Shown here one piece after another: positions 45,026 through 55,764 of a DNA stretch of 64,000 nucleotides (position 1 is its first letter; each line of letters opens with the position of its first letter). Source of the DNA: a bacterium (GTDB lineage: Bacteria; UBA10199; 2-02-FULL-44-16; JAAZCA01); assembly GCA_963674695.2 (NCBI GenBank), contig CAXXGI010000002.1, positions 576,001-640,000 of the forward strand, given 5' to 3'. The translations under genes and the position numbers were made by a program. The notes under the pieces are model-generated. The model had not been told where the DNA came from, ran no database searches, and saw only the letters and a program-made list of their open reading frames with translations.

Positions 45026-45116
45026 ACGACAATCCTATCTGGCATTTTTTCCTTGTCTCTTCCGTGGCGTCGTCGTATAAGGACGCCGGATAACGGAGGG
45101 GGAGAAGGAGGCCGTC

Positions 45117-45740
45117 ATGCAGATCAGCGCAAGAACAGTCACAACAGGGACGCCAACACAGGTCGGTGTGCAGGTGGCGGACAGGCGTCAGCGCCGGAGT
45201 GGGGCCAGCGATAGGCCCGCTTCCAGCTATGTCCCGCCGAAGGCCAAGGCCGATGGCGCGTCGAAGGGGATGCGAAAGGGGCTGGCGCTCTCCACGCTTC
45301 CCCCCCTTCTGAAGCGTGCGTTTGCGTCACGCTGGAAGGCGTGCGAGCCGTATATCCAGCGGCTTGAGCTGACCGGCGCGCGCATCACGCGCGTGGAGCA
45401 AGAGGAAGACGACACCTACACGGTCTATCGCTTCGAGGGCAAACGGGGGAGCATCGTGGCCGTCATCGCGCCGCAGCCGAAGGAAGAGGGGATTGTGGAT
45501 AATCAGGTCGTGTCGATGATGGTCTATGAACCCAAGGGCAAACAATGGAACTCGATCGATTTCGTCAAAGAAAATGGCGTTGAACAGATGAAGGTGCGCC
45601 CGCGTACGGTGGACCCGCGCATGACGCCGACCCTGCAGGAGGGGTATTTCATCCATATCATCGATCGCGAGGAGAAAAAGCAGATCACGGCGAAGGTCTA
45701 CGGTCAGGAACCCGCCCGCCCCCCGGTGCCGAAGAAGTAA
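45117..45740 (+). CDS. Hypothetical protein
   Basis: Strong SD AAGGAGG, 207 aa, followed by a hairpin-T4 at about 45767-45795. Confidence 0.7.
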   Translation: MQISARTVTTGTPTQVGVQVADRRQRRSGASDRPASSYVPPKAKADGASKGMRKGLALSTLPPLLKRAFASRWKACEPYIQRLELTGARITRVEQEEDDTYTVYRFEGKRGSIVAVIAPQPKEEGIVDNQVVSMMVYEPKGKQWNSIDFVKENGVEQMKVRPRTVDPRMTPTLQEGYFIHIIDREEKKQITAKVYGQEPARPPVPKK

Positions 45741-45955
45741 GAGGGGGTATTTCTGAAAGCGTCATCAGCCGGTGGGGGGTTCCCTGCCGGCTTTTGTTCG
45801 GCCCGCTGAAGCCGCATGGATCGATATTTGAGGGTGTTGTGAGACCTTGACAAAGTCCTCCCGTTTGATACACATCCTCGATCTTTTCGCTTGTATTCTA
45901 ACAAGCTGAAATCATTTGCGAAAGCAAATCCTCTCCGGAAGGTGGTGATGTTGAT

Positions 45956-46135
45956 ATGCCAGGAGTGAAGGTACGCGATGGTGAAACCTTCGAGCAGGCG
46001 CTGCGTCGTTTTAAGAAACAGTGCGAAAAAGCCGGAATCCTTTCCGAGCTACGCAAGCGCGAGCATTACGAGAAGCCTTCCATCAAGAAAAAGAAGAAGC
46101 GAGCAGCAGCCGCAAAGAAGCGGGTGAAACGCTAA
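45956..46135 (+). CDS. rpsU: 30S ribosomal protein S21
   Basis: Manual translation [42 protein letters not shown]... (59 aa, below the ORF-track cut-off). Confidence 0.97.
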   Translation: MPGVKVRDGETFEQALRRFKKQCEKAGILSELRKREHYEKPSIKKKKKRAAAAKKRVKR

Positions 46136-46189
46136 TTGAACGAGAGCGTTTTGACCTCAATCGAATAACCGTTGCCAGTGGAGGCGATT

Positions 46190-46642
46190 ATGTCGCTCAA
46201 GGAACGGATCGAAGCGAAGCTGCGTGAGTCGATGCGTGCGCGTGATGCGGATGCAACGGGGGCGGTGCGTCTGGTGCTCGCGGCGATCAAGAACCGCGAG
46301 ATCGATAAGGGCGACGCGCTGACCGATGAGGAGTGCGTGAAGATATTGGCCACGCTCGCGAAGCAGCGCCAGGAATCGATCGACCTCTATCGGCAGGGTG
46401 GCCGCGATGACCTCGTGCGCAAGGAGGAGGCGGAACTCGTTATCCTGCGCGAGTTTCTGCCGCAGCCCCTTGGGAAGGACGAGCTGGAATCGCTCGTCGA
46501 TGCTGCGATCGCCGAGGCGGGTGCGACCGGTCCGCGCGATATGGGGGCGGTGATGAAGCTTCTGTCCCCAAAGATTTCGGGGCGCGCCGATGGCAAGGTC
46601 GTCAGCACGCTCGTGCGCGAACGCCTCGTGAAAAATGCATGA
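46190..46642 (+). CDS. GatB/YqeY domain protein
   Basis: MSLKERIEAKLRESMRARD, KQRQESIDLYRQGGRDDL, FLPQPL, DMGAVMK, ADGK. Confidence 0.94.
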   Translation: MSLKERIEAKLRESMRARDADATGAVRLVLAAIKNREIDKGDALTDEECVKILATLAKQRQESIDLYRQGGRDDLVRKEEAELVILREFLPQPLGKDELESLVDAAIAEAGATGPRDMGAVMKLLSPKISGRADGKVVSTLVRERLVKNA

Positions 46643-46688
46643 CTTGAACCGAATATGCAGGCGCTCCGGCGCATTTTCTTAGGTTCCC

Positions 46689-48473
46689 ATGTTCAGCAAA
46701 TCAACCTTGAACGACATTCGTGATCGCGTTCCCATCGCTTCGCTCATCGGCGAGCGCATGCCCCTGAAACGTTCGGGCCGCAACCTCAAGGGGCTGTGTC
46801 CGTTTCATCAGGAGAAGTCGCCGTCGTTCATGGTCAATGAAGAGAAGCAGATCTTTCATTGCTTCGGCTGCGGCGCGGGCGGCGATATCTTTCGGTTCGT
46901 GATGGACTTCGATGGCATCGATTTTCCGGAGGCGGTGCGGTATCTGGCCGGCCGTGCCGGCGTCGAGCTTGTCGAGGATGCGGATCCGGCCCAGCGCCGT
47001 GCGGAGGAGGAACGCACGCGCGAGCGGAAGTGGTTTCTGCGCATCAATCAGATCGCGCAGGACTACTTTGCACAGACGCTCGCGGATGTCTCGCGCGGGG
47101 GTCCGGCGCGGGAGTACCTCCAAACCCGCGGAATACAAGATGAATTTTGGACGCAACATTTTCTGGGATATGCCGACAAGAGCTGGGACGCATTGGAGCG
47201 GCATTTGCGCGCCAAGGGCGTTCCGCTCGAGATGGCCGCAACGCTGGGGCTGATTCGAGCGCGGGATGGGGGAGGCCATTACGATTTTTTTCGTCATCGC
47301 CTCATCTTCCCGATTCGATCGCCGCGCGGAGAGGTGCTGGGATTCGGTGGACGGGCGCTCCCCCAAGAGGGGGGTGAAGACGGGGCGAAGTATATGAACT
47401 CCCCGGATTCGCCGATCTACCACAAGTCGAATTCCGTCTTCGGACTCGATCTTGCGGCCGGCGCCATTCGTTCGAATGATCAGGTGATTTTGGTCGAGGG
47501 GTATATGGATCGCATCGCCCTCCACCAGTTTGGCGTCTGCGATGTGGTGGCACCGCTCGGAACGGCGTTGACGTCAGGACATCTGACGATCTTGGCGCGC
47601 TATTCGCGCAACCATGTCCTCGTCTTCGATGGGGACGAGGCCGGACGGCGCGCGGCGCTTCGCTCTTTGGATATCTATTTGGCCGCCGGCATGATGCCGC
47701 GCGTGGTGCCGCTTCCTGCGGGTGAGGATCCGGATACGCTGATTCGAAGCGAAGGGGCTGAGGCCTTTCGGCGCCGCTTCGAAAATGCGCCGTCGCTCAT
47801 CTCGTATTTTGTCGATGCGACGACTGCGCAGGTTGGCCGCGATGCCGCGGGGTCGGTCGAGGCCCTCAAGCGCATCGTGCCGGTGCTGCGCCAGGTGAGC
47901 GATCCGATCGAACGCGGCATCTATCGCCGCGAGGCGGCCGCACGATTGGGGCTCGACGAGCGGGAGGTCGAGCGAGCGCTCGGGCTGATGGAAAAAACAT
48001 CATCGGTACAGCTCTCATCGTCGCCGAAAGCGGTCGCTTATGTTTCGGGCGCATCGACGGAGCGGCTGTTGGTGCAGGCGATGCTTGCCCATCCGGAGAC
48101 GGTACCGAGCGTCTTTGAATCGCTTGCGCCGGATGCCTTCGAGGATGGATGGTGCCGAACGGTGGTGACGCTGGTCGAGCAATCGATGCATGAGGGGTCG
48201 ATGCCGGTCTTGAGCGCTTTCATCGACGCAGTGGTGGACGAGGAGTTGTCGGCCGAAATTCGCCGCGTGGCGATGGAGGGCGAGTCGATCGAGCCGGATG
48301 AAGTGCGAGAGGTGGTGGGCGATTGCGTCAAGCGCATGCAGCAGCGGCGCATGCGTGAGCGCAGCGATCGTCTCACCGAAGCCATCGCGCGAGCGACCGT
48401 CGAAGGGAACGAGGATCAGGTGCTCGAACTCATGCGCCAGAAACAGGATCTCTCGCAGCAGATGCAACGATAA
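46689..48473 (+). CDS. dnaG: DNA primase
   Basis: CPFHQEKSPSF...CFGCG zinc finger, FGGR, KYMNSP, VEGYMD, FDGDEAG, DPD. Confidence 0.97.
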   Translation: MFSKSTLNDIRDRVPIASLIGERMPLKRSGRNLKGLCPFHQEKSPSFMVNEEKQIFHCFGCGAGGDIFRFVMDFDGIDFPEAVRYLAGRAGVELVEDADPAQRRAEEERTRERKWFLRINQIAQDYFAQTLADVSRGGPAREYLQTRGIQDEFWTQHFLGYADKSWDALERHLRAKGVPLEMAATLGLIRARDGGGHYDFFRHRLIFPIRSPRGEVLGFGGRALPQEGGEDGAKYMNSPDSPIYHKSNSVFGLDLAAGAIRSNDQVILVEGYMDRIALHQFGVCDVVAPLGTALTSGHLTILARYSRNHVLVFDGDEAGRRAALRSLDIYLAAGMMPRVVPLPAGEDPDTLIRSEGAEAFRRRFENAPSLISYFVDATTAQVGRDAAGSVEALKRIVPVLRQVSDPIERGIYRREAAARLGLDEREVERALGLMEKTSSVQLSSSPKAVAYVSGASTERLLVQAMLAHPETVPSVFESLAPDAFEDGWCRTVVTLVEQSMHEGSMPVLSAFIDAVVDEELSAEIRRVAMEGESIEPDEVREVVGDCVKRMQQRRMRERSDRLTEAIARATVEGNEDQVLELMRQKQDLSQQMQR

Positions 48474-48502
48474 TAATAACGCACCGGAAAGGATGAGGTG
48501 AC

Positions 48503-50293
<1,791 letters not shown>

Positions 50294-50313
50294 GGCGCAT
50301 CGGCGGCATTATG

Positions 50314-50424
50314 TACGAAGGACGATGGACGTCCGCGAGCAATGCTTGCTAGGACGAAGGACGAAAAAGCGTTTTCGTCTCTCGTCTCTCGTCCTCGCGA
50401 GCGACGCGAGCGATCGTCCATCGT
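50314..50424. repeat. GACGAAGG-family palindromic element
   Basis: ACGATGGACG...AGGACGAAGGACGAAAA...TTTTCGTCTCTCGTCTCTCGTCCT...CGTCCATCGT. Confidence 0.65.
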
Positions 50425-50436
50425 TGTGGGGGTATC

Positions 50437-50859
50437 ATGCAGGTCTCGCGTGAACTCGATTATGGGGTGCGCGCCGTTGTGGTGTTGGCGGCGCATACGG
50501 GATCTGTGCTCTCCAAGCGTCGTATCGCCGAAGGGTTTTCCATCCCCGTCAATTTTCTTGCTATCATCCTGCCTAAGCTCGTCCATGCAGGTCTCGTGGA
50601 GTCGCTCCCGGGTCCGCGCGGTGGATACCGACTGGCCAGGGCGGCGCGCCTGATCTCGATCTATGATGTCATCCATGCGGTCGATAGCAATTTTTCGCTG
50701 AACCGCTGTCTCGATGAGCGCAAGGGCTGCGAGCAGAAGCCGGATTGCCCGGTCACGGCCTATTGGCAGGAGTTGCAGGATACGGTGGAATCGTTTTTGC
50801 GTAAGGTCACATTCGAACAATTGGCAAAGCGCTTGGAAGAAATCAAAGCAGAGAAATAA
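50437..50859 (+). CDS. Rrf2 family regulator with three Cys (Fe-S type)
   Basis: DYGVRAVV, GLVESLPGPRGGYRL, NRC...GC...DCP. Confidence 0.92.
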   Translation: MQVSRELDYGVRAVVVLAAHTGSVLSKRRIAEGFSIPVNFLAIILPKLVHAGLVESLPGPRGGYRLARAARLISIYDVIHAVDSNFSLNRCLDERKGCEQKPDCPVTAYWQELQDTVESFLRKVTFEQLAKRLEEIKAEK

Positions 50860-50882
50860 ACTGTAGTTCTTTGGGGGGAGTC

Positions 50883-52103
50883 ATGCGCAAGGGGGCGCTC
50901 TACGTCGTCATTATCGCTGCAGTCTTGGGAGGGGTGCTCTCCGCCCTTTCCACCAGTCAGCATTTTCGGATTCAGCGCGAGGGCCTCGAAGTCGAGAGCT
51001 ACTGTGTGATCAGCGATCGGATCAACTGTGATCTGGTCAACGCCAGCTCCTACTCCGAGTTTCTGGGCGTTCCCATCGCCTGGTGGGGTTTGCTCTTCTA
51101 TGGCATCGTCGGCGTCTTCGCCATTATCGCGATCGTCTCGCGTCGCGATCGGCGCGATATCATCACCATCGCCTGGCTCATGTCGGTTGCAGGTCTCTTC
51201 TACTGCGCTTTTTTGGCCTATATCACCTTCTTCATTCTTGAGACGGTCTGTCTCGAATGTTTGGGCATGTATGTCGCCACGATCGCGCTGGCCATCGCGC
51301 TTTTCATCGCGTTGCGCATCCCGCTGGGCGGCGTCGTTCGTTTTGTGATCGATTATGTCCGTGCCGTTTTTGGGCGTCCTTCGCATCTTGAGTTCAAACC
51401 GCGCATCTGGAAAAACGCGCTTATCATCGCATTGGTTTACCTTGTCGGTTGGGTGGCCATCGCGCAGGTGCAGGCCAAGGAGGGGGCGGGGCGACGCCGC
51501 ATGTCGGTTGCCGAGATGGTTCGCGCCTTCAATCTGCAGTCGGAGCATGAGATCGAGATCGATCCGAACTGGGCGGTTTGGGGAAACCCGAACGCGAAGG
51601 TGACGATCGTCGAATTTTCGGAATACCAATGCCCCTTCTGTCGACTCTCCGCCTTTCACGTGAAACCCTATCTGCAGGAGTTCAAGAACGACATCCGGTA
51701 TTATTTCGTCAACTATCCCCTCGATTCAACCTGCAATGCGCGCATGGCCCATCAGATGCATCCGCTGGCCTGCTTCGCAGCTGAGGCGGCCATCTGCGTC
51801 GAGAACAAGGGGAAGTTTTGGTCCTTTCACGACGAACTCTTTCGCAATCAGCGTGGTCTCACCCGTGAATTTATTCTGAATGAAGCCGAGCGCATCGGCG
51901 GATATGATCGTGATGAACTCGTGGCGTGCATGAGTTCGCCTGAGGTCGCTGAGCGGATTCAGAATGATTTGGCTGTCGGACAGAAGATCTATGTGAGTGG
52001 AACGCCCACGCTTTTTTTAAACAACCGCAAACTTACCCGCTGGCGCGACAAGGACTTCCTTCGCACGATCGTGCGCGATGAAATTCGGAAGAGCAGACCA
52101 TAG
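50883..52103 (+). CDS. VKOR-family membrane protein fused to a DsbA-like thioredoxin
   Basis: YCVISDRINC, FLGVPIAWWG, VCLEC; EFSEYQCPFC, VSGTPTLF. Confidence 0.92.
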   Translation: MRKGALYVVIIAAVLGGVLSALSTSQHFRIQREGLEVESYCVISDRINCDLVNASSYSEFLGVPIAWWGLLFYGIVGVFAIIAIVSRRDRRDIITIAWLMSVAGLFYCAFLAYITFFILETVCLECLGMYVATIALAIALFIALRIPLGGVVRFVIDYVRAVFGRPSHLEFKPRIWKNALIIALVYLVGWVAIAQVQAKEGAGRRRMSVAEMVRAFNLQSEHEIEIDPNWAVWGNPNAKVTIVEFSEYQCPFCRLSAFHVKPYLQEFKNDIRYYFVNYPLDSTCNARMAHQMHPLACFAAEAAICVENKGKFWSFHDELFRNQRGLTREFILNEAERIGGYDRDELVACMSSPEVAERIQNDLAVGQKIYVSGTPTLFLNNRKLTRWRDKDFLRTIVRDEIRKSRP

Positions 52104-52128
52104 ACTATGCTCTCAGACCGCTGATGTT

Positions 52129-52199
52129 TGTCATTCCCGCGAAAGCGGGAATCTCGCTTGTAATGGTCAATCCACATCCCCGCTTTCGCGGGAATGACA
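52129..52199. repeat. REP-like element between convergent genes
   Basis: TGTCATTCCCGCGAAAGCGGGAATC...CCCCGCTTTCGCGGGAATGACA. Confidence 0.92.
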
Positions 52200-52220
52200 A
52201 CAATAGGGTTTGGTTAGCTC

Positions 52221-53438
52221 TCAGGCCAGACCGTGTTCCCGCTCGAGGCGTTCGTAGTAGTCGATGATGCTGCGGACGTAGTCACGTTTTTCCATGTAGT
52301 TTCCCGGATAAAAACTGCGCTTGAATCCATAGATGATCAGGTGTCGGAGTTTGCGCGCATCGATCGGGAAATTCTTTGAAGCGGTTTCAATCTCATCCGT
52401 GACGGTGGTGTGTGAGACCAATCGATTGTCGGTGCAGAAGGTGACGGAGAGTCGTTTGTCCAGCATCGTGCCGAAAGGGTGGTCCTGGATGCGAGGGATG
52501 TGCGGCATCGTCTGCATGTTCGAGGTGAGGCAGACCTCCACCGTGATGCGTGAATCGGCGATATACTGCCAGAGGGCGTCGACGTATTCGCGTCCCTCAT
52601 CCCCCTCAGGCAGGTCGGGGTGGTGCGTGTCAAACAGGTGCGTGCCGTGGCCGATGCGATCGGCATGACAGTCGGTGATGGCCTGAAAGATCGAGGTGGG
52701 CCCATAGGCCTCGCCAGCGTGCACCGTCTTCTTCAAAAAGTGTTTGTGCGCGAGATCGTAGGCGCGCTTGTGGTCGACCGCCGGATAGCCGGCCTCTGCG
52801 CCGGCCAAGTCGAACCCCACGATCGGCATCTCCTTCTCATCGCGCAGGTAGATCATCATGCGTACGATATCGAGCGAGGCCATCGCCTGAAGGTCCTCCT
52901 CCGGCGTGTGCGGATGCAGGGTGACCAGACGGCGGTAGTAGTCGGAGAAGGAACTCTTGAACATGCGCATCGCGCTGCAGATGATACCGTAGGCAAACGG
53001 CGGTTCATCGCCCGTGGCGATCCCTTTCCTCGCGTTGATCTCCTGCTTTGCCCGATTCATTCCACGGTCGACCGCGACGAGCACTTCCTCGACGGTGAGT
53101 GAGGGGTTGGCATGCAGCTGTGGAGCAAAGCGCGGTTCGACATAGCGCACGCCCTCGTTGAAATTGTCCCAGGCGAACTCGTAGGCGATGCGCTCGAGGG
53201 CCTCCGGCGTCTGCATGACGGCGACCGTATAGGAGAACCCCTGGAGGTACTCCACCAGGTCTGCATAGCGGTCTTTGAAGACCTTTTCGCGCAGTCCTTC
53301 CTCGGTATTGCTGGGCAGGCTGATCTTCTGTTCTTTGGCCAACTCGATGAGTGTTGCCAGCCTCAGACTTCCATCCAGGTGGACATGGAGATCCGTCTTG
53401 GGAATGGCTTCGAGAAATGCACGGGGGATTGGTTTCAT
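52221..53438 (-). CDS. add: Adenosine deaminase family protein
   Basis: PKTDLHVHLDGS, GFDLAGAE, TVHAGE, RIGHG, EVCLTSN, CTDN. Confidence 0.9.
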   Translation of the reverse strand: MKPIPRAFLEAIPKTDLHVHLDGSLRLATLIELAKEQKISLPSNTEEGLREKVFKDRYADLVEYLQGFSYTVAVMQTPEALERIAYEFAWDNFNEGVRYVEPRFAPQLHANPSLTVEEVLVAVDRGMNRAKQEINARKGIATGDEPPFAYGIICSAMRMFKSSFSDYYRRLVTLHPHTPEEDLQAMASLDIVRMMIYLRDEKEMPIVGFDLAGAEAGYPAVDHKRAYDLAHKHFLKKTVHAGEAYGPTSIFQAITDCHADRIGHGTHLFDTHHPDLPEGDEGREYVDALWQYIADSRITVEVCLTSNMQTMPHIPRIQDHPFGTMLDKRLSVTFCTDNRLVSHTTVTDEIETASKNFPIDARKLRHLIIYGFKRSFYPGNYMEKRDYVRSIIDYYERLEREHGLA

Positions 53439-53475
53439 GGGTTCCTTTCATGTTCATGAGGAGGACAGGGCATTT

Positions 53476-54387
53476 CTATCGCCCGGCATCGCGGCAGAGG
53501 CGTTTCCAACGATGATCGATTCCCTGCTGCAAAACGTCGATCTGCTCATCGGTGAGGTGACGGAATCGTCCCTGCATCTTGAGGTAATCCTTCAGCGGCA
53601 CGTCCTTCGGTTCGATGGTGATCGTGATCTCTTCGCCGCCGACCACTTCGTAGAGGGGAAAGGCCTTGCAGTGCGTCGCCCGACGCATCACCTCCACCGA
53701 CTGAGCTGAATCGATCTTCCACCCCGCCGTGCACGAGGAGAGGATGTGGATGAAGCGGAAACCACGGATGCTGCGCGCCTTTTCGAATTTTGCGATCAAA
53801 TCATGCGGAAAGGCGGGGGATGCCGTGGCCAGATACGGAATGCCGTGCGCCATCATGATGCGATCGATGTCCTTCTTGGCCACATCCTTGGGATGATCGA
53901 CCGGCGTGGTCGTCGTCCAGGCGAACTGCGGTGTGGCGCCGGAGCGCTGAATGCCGGTGTTCATATAGGCTTCATTGTCGTAGCAGACGTAGATCACGTT
54001 TTCATTGCGTTCAGCTGCGGCCGAGAGCGATTGCAGGCCGATGTCGAAGGTGCCGCCGTCTCCAGCCCAGCCCAAGACCTGCGTGTCCTCTTTGCCCTGA
54101 ATGTCGAGTGCGGCGCGAATGCCAGAGACGGCCGCGCCCGTCGTCTCGAACGCCGTGTGCAGCAGCGGTACGCGCATGTTGGAATAGGGGAAGGGGCCGG
54201 GGATGACGGCGTAGCAGCAGGCCGGGATGACGACCACCGTATTGTCGCCCAGGGTCTTGAGCGCCATGCGCATGGCCATGGCCGCGCCGCATCCGGGGCA
54301 GGCAAAATGTCCCGCGGTCATCAGCTCGCGCTGCTCGTATTCCTGCTTGGTGATGCCCTGTCCGGTGCTGAGTGGATTTGTATTCAT
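53476..54387 (-). CDS. 2-oxoacid:acceptor oxidoreductase beta (TPP-binding) subunit
   Basis: GHFACPGCG, GDGGTFDIG, YDNEAYMNTGIQRSGATP. Confidence 0.93.
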   Translation of the reverse strand: MNTNPLSTGQGITKQEYEQRELMTAGHFACPGCGAAMAMRMALKTLGDNTVVVIPACCYAVIPGPFPYSNMRVPLLHTAFETTGAAVSGIRAALDIQGKEDTQVLGWAGDGGTFDIGLQSLSAAAERNENVIYVCYDNEAYMNTGIQRSGATPQFAWTTTTPVDHPKDVAKKDIDRIMMAHGIPYLATASPAFPHDLIAKFEKARSIRGFRFIHILSSCTAGWKIDSAQSVEVMRRATHCKAFPLYEVVGGEEITITIEPKDVPLKDYLKMQGRFRHLTDEQIDVLQQGIDHRWKRLCRDAGR

Positions 54388-54407
54388 ACATTCCTCAGTA
54401 GGTCATG

Positions 54408-54477
54408 AGGACGAAGGGAAGGGGGGTTTCGCCCTTCGTCCTTCGCCCGAGATTCCGAAGGAATCGGTCGTCCTTCG
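54408..54477. repeat. GACGAAGG-family palindromic element inside the operon
   Basis: AGGACGAAGGG...CCCTTCGTCCT; GATTCCGAAGGAATC. Confidence 0.65.
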
Positions 54478-54481
54478 GTTG

Positions 54482-55654
54482 TCATCGTTTCAGCCCCACC
54501 CAAATCGGGCCTTCATCGTCGTGGTCGCGCGCGTGCACATAGGCCTCGGTGATGGCATCGGGCGTGATGTCGCGGCCGCCGAGGCCGATGAGGAAGCTCG
54601 TCACCTGGGGGGCATGTGCGAGCCCAAAGAGGGCGGAGCGGATCTCCTGTGCCCAGATGCCACCGTTGCCATGGCTGATGTCGCGATCGAGGATGGCCAG
54701 CTTCTTGATGCGCCGACCGCCGTTGATGTTGCCCACCGCTTCGCGCAGGGCCTGAACCGGAAAGGGGCGGAAGAGGCGCATCTTCATGAGCCCGACTTTT
54801 TCTCCCGCCGCGCGAAGGGTTTCGAGCGCGACGCGCGCGGTCGAGGTGGTCGAGCCGCTCGTGACGATGAGGGTTTCGGCATCATCTGCATCGATGAGTT
54901 CGAGGGCTTCATGGCGGCGCTTGAAACGGCGTGCAAAATCCTTGGCGATGTCGTCGTAGGTCTTCTTGGCCCCTTGGTGTGCCGTCTCCATGAGGTGCCG
55001 AAATTCATAGTAGTGTTCCGGCGTCGTGAGCGGATGGAAGGTGTGCGGCTCGCTCGGGTCGAGCTTGAACCGGGCATTGCGCGCGGGCAGGAATCGGTCG
55101 ACCTCTTTCTGGTCGGGGATCGAGACCGGTTCATAGGTGTGCGAAAGGATGAAGGCATCATAGACGACCATCACCGGGAGCTCCACCGTTTCGGCGAGCT
55201 TGAACGCTATGAGGATTGTATCGAGTACCTCCTGGTTCGTCTCGCAATAGAGTTGAATCCAACCGGTATCGCGCTGGGCGAGCGAGTCGGTCTGGTCGCT
55301 CCAGATGTTCCAGCCCGGCGCCATGGCGCGGTTGACGTTGGTGAGCACGATCGGCAGACGCCCATAGGCTGCCCAGAAGAGCAGCTCGTGCATGAGCGCG
55401 AGCCCCTGGGAGGAGGTGGCGGTGAAGGCGCGTGCGCCCGTCTGGGCGGCGGCGATCGTACAGGCCATCGCGGAATGTTCGGATTCCACCTTGATGAATC
55501 GGGCGTCCAAATCACCGCGCGCGCAGATTTCGGAGAGTTCCTCCACCACCTGCGTCTGCGGCGTGATCGGGTAGGCGGCGATCACCTCCGTGCGCGAAAG
55601 CTTCACGCCTTGAGACGTTGCATGGTTACCCATGAGCACTTCAGTGTGTGACAT
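54482..55654 (-). CDS. 2-oxoacid:acceptor oxidoreductase alpha subunit
   Basis: AAYPITPQT, VESEHSA, TATSSQGLALMHE, RLFRPFP, GLGGRD. Confidence 0.94.
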   Translation of the reverse strand: MSHTEVLMGNHATSQGVKLSRTEVIAAYPITPQTQVVEELSEICARGDLDARFIKVESEHSAMACTIAAAQTGARAFTATSSQGLALMHELLFWAAYGRLPIVLTNVNRAMAPGWNIWSDQTDSLAQRDTGWIQLYCETNQEVLDTILIAFKLAETVELPVMVVYDAFILSHTYEPVSIPDQKEVDRFLPARNARFKLDPSEPHTFHPLTTPEHYYEFRHLMETAHQGAKKTYDDIAKDFARRFKRRHEALELIDADDAETLIVTSGSTTSTARVALETLRAAGEKVGLMKMRLFRPFPVQALREAVGNINGGRRIKKLAILDRDISHGNGGIWAQEIRSALFGLAHAPQVTSFLIGLGGRDITPDAITEAYVHARDHDDEGPIWVGLKR

Positions 55655-55667
55655 CGAATCTCCTCCT

Positions 55668-55761
55668 TCGGGACCCGGGATTCGGGGTTCGGGAACCGAA
55701 AACCAACAAACAATTTTTCGATTTTGATCTTCGGGTCCCGAATCTCGGGTCCCGAATCCCG
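55668..55761. repeat. Inverted heptamer element (same family as 32562)
   Basis: cgggacccgggattcggggttcgggaac-GAAAACCAA...GATTTTGATCTTCGG-gtcccgaatctcgggtcccgaatcccg. Confidence 0.75.
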
Positions 55762-55764
55762 TTT

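Noticed and set aside
45067-45093. sigma28-like site (GCGTC-N15-CGGATAA) before orphan 45117
   Set aside because: Both boxes deviate; too weak to count in the regulon.
50294-50436. tRNA after rpoD
   Set aside because: No T-loop GTTCRA or cloverleaf; it is a GACGAAGG-family repeat.
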